Source: the human T2T-CHM13v2.0 reference genome, Homo sapiens
DNA length: 64,000 bases
Reading direction: 5' to 3' (one strand)
Assembly: GCF_009914755.1 (NCBI RefSeq)
Contig: NC_060936.1
The position numbers and the translations under genes are program-made. Below are positions 62,901-64,000 of this stretch, one piece after another (within the stretch, counting starts at the first letter, position 1; the number at the start of each line of letters is the position of its first letter). Below the pieces are notes generated by a model. The model was given only the letters and a program-made list of their open reading frames with translations. It did no database searches and was not told where the DNA came from.

Positions 62901-64000
62901 GTGTTTAACATCTGCTCTTCTAAAGGAAAGTTAAACTCTATGCGTTGAATACACACAGGACAAAGAAGTTACTGAGACTTCTCCTATCAAACATTATATG
63001 AAGAAATCCCGTTTCCAACGAAGGCCTCAAAGAGGTCCAAATATCTGCTTGCAGACTTTACAGACAGACTTTTTCCAAACTGCTCCATCAAAAGAAAGGT
63101 TAAACTCCTTGAGTTGAACACACACATCACAAAGTAGTTTCTGTGAATGATTCTGTCTAGTTTTTATACGAAGATGTTTCCTTTTCTACCTTTGGTCTCA
63201 AAGCGATTGAAATCTCCACATGGAAACTCCACAAAAAGAGTGTTTCAAATCTGCTCTTTCTGAAGGAAGGTTCAACTCTGTGAGTTGAATACACACACCA
63301 CAAATAAGTTACTGAGAATTCTTCTGTGTAACATTATATGAGGAAATCCCGTTTCCAACGAAGGCCTCAAAGAGGTCCAAATATCCACTTGCAGACTTTA
63401 CAAAGACAGTGTCTCCAAACTCCTCCATCAAAAGAAAGGTTATACTCTGTGAATTGAACGCACACATCACAAAGTAGTTTCTGAGAATGATTCTGTCTAG
63501 TTTTTATACGAAGATATTTCCTTTTCTACATTTGGCCTAAAAGCGCTTGAAATCTCCACCTGCAAATATCACAAAAAGAGGGTTTCACATCTGCTCTGTC
63601 TAAAGGACAGTTCACCTCTGTGAGTTGAATAGAGGCAACACAAAGAACTTACTCAGTATTCTTCTTTCTAGCGTTCTATGAAGAAATCCCGTTTCCAACG
63701 ACGACCCCAATGAGGTCCAAATATCTGCTTGCAGACTTTACAGACAGAGTGTTTCCAAACTACTCTATGAAAAGAAAGCTTAAACTCCTTGAGTTGAACG
63801 CACACATCACAAAGTAGTTTCTGAGAATGATGCTGTCTTGTTTTTGTACGAAGATGTTTCCTTTTCTACATTTGGTCTCAAAGCGATTGAAATCTCCAAC
63901 TGGAAACTGCACAAATAGGGTGTTTCAAATCTGCTCTGTCTAAAGGAAGGTTCAACTCTGTGAGTTGAATACACACACCATAAATAAGTTACTGAGAATT

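Larger units (their letters stand above)
1..64000 (-). repeat. Alpha-satellite (alphoid) centromeric higher-order repeat array, ~171-bp monomers, SF1-type 340-bp dimers, canonical 8-mer HOR of 1359 bp
   Basis: Continuous tandem repeat. The minus strand reads GAATTCTCAGTAACTT...CTTCGTTGGAAACGGGATTTCTTCATA, typical of the SF1 (J1/J2) EcoRI dimer. Boxes recur every 339-340 bp and the same dimer type recurs every 1359 bp (e.g. 1209->2568, 16833->18192). Confidence 0.99.

Noticed and set aside
9040-62956. Eight minus-strand ORFs of 67-108 aa (e.g. MCIQRIEFNFPLEEQ..., MMCAFNSQSITF...)
   Set aside because: They are chance translations of alpha satellite that open where a point variant removes a stop codon (e.g. 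agttcctgag, ttttgtaag). Their repetition follows the DNA duplications (offsets 2717, 2375, 24104). There is no evidence of coding function.
1-64000. Regularly spaced conserved motif resembling a CRISPR-like repeat-spacer array
   Set aside because: The intervening ~320 bp are themselves homologous satellite, not unique spacers. The motif is the CENP-B box and there are no cas genes.
1-64000. Transposon insertion, inversion or non-satellite island
   Set aside because: Box spacing stays at 335-340 bp on one strand throughout. No poly(A) tail, Alu/L1 sequence or strand switch was seen.
1-64000. Assignment to an SF2 8-mer array (chromosomes 14/22, 18 or 20)
   Set aside because: The box context GGAAACGGGATTTCTTCATA and GAATTCTCAGTAACTT with a 340-bp dimer fits SF1 better than SF2.

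Overview
The whole 64 kb is uninterrupted primate (very probably human) centromeric alpha-satellite in one orientation; the conventional CENP-B-box strand is the minus strand. It is built from ~171-bp monomers paired into 339-340-bp dimers, each with one CENP-B box site (about 188 sites). Four distinguishable dimers, which I label A, B, C and D (each running from the end of one box to the end of the next), form a canonical 8-monomer higher-order repeat (HOR) of 1359 bp. The dimer resembles suprachromosomal family 1 (J1/J2). An SF1 8-mer with single HindIII, PvuII and XbaI sites best fits the chromosome 12 live array D12Z3; this is recall and needs alignment, with D10Z1 the alternative. I found no genes, RNA genes, transposon insertions, inversions or CRISPR, and the listed ORFs are satellite artefacts. 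I found no new gene-based biological system. The interesting content is array architecture read from diagnostic variants: even-numbered structural HOR variants, nested super-repeats with periods of 4075, 3734, 2375 and 2717 bp, dispersed duplications 15-47 kb apart, junctions clustered near the CENP-B box, and amplified box-inactivating alleles. All coordinates were mapped by eye and may be off by a few bp.
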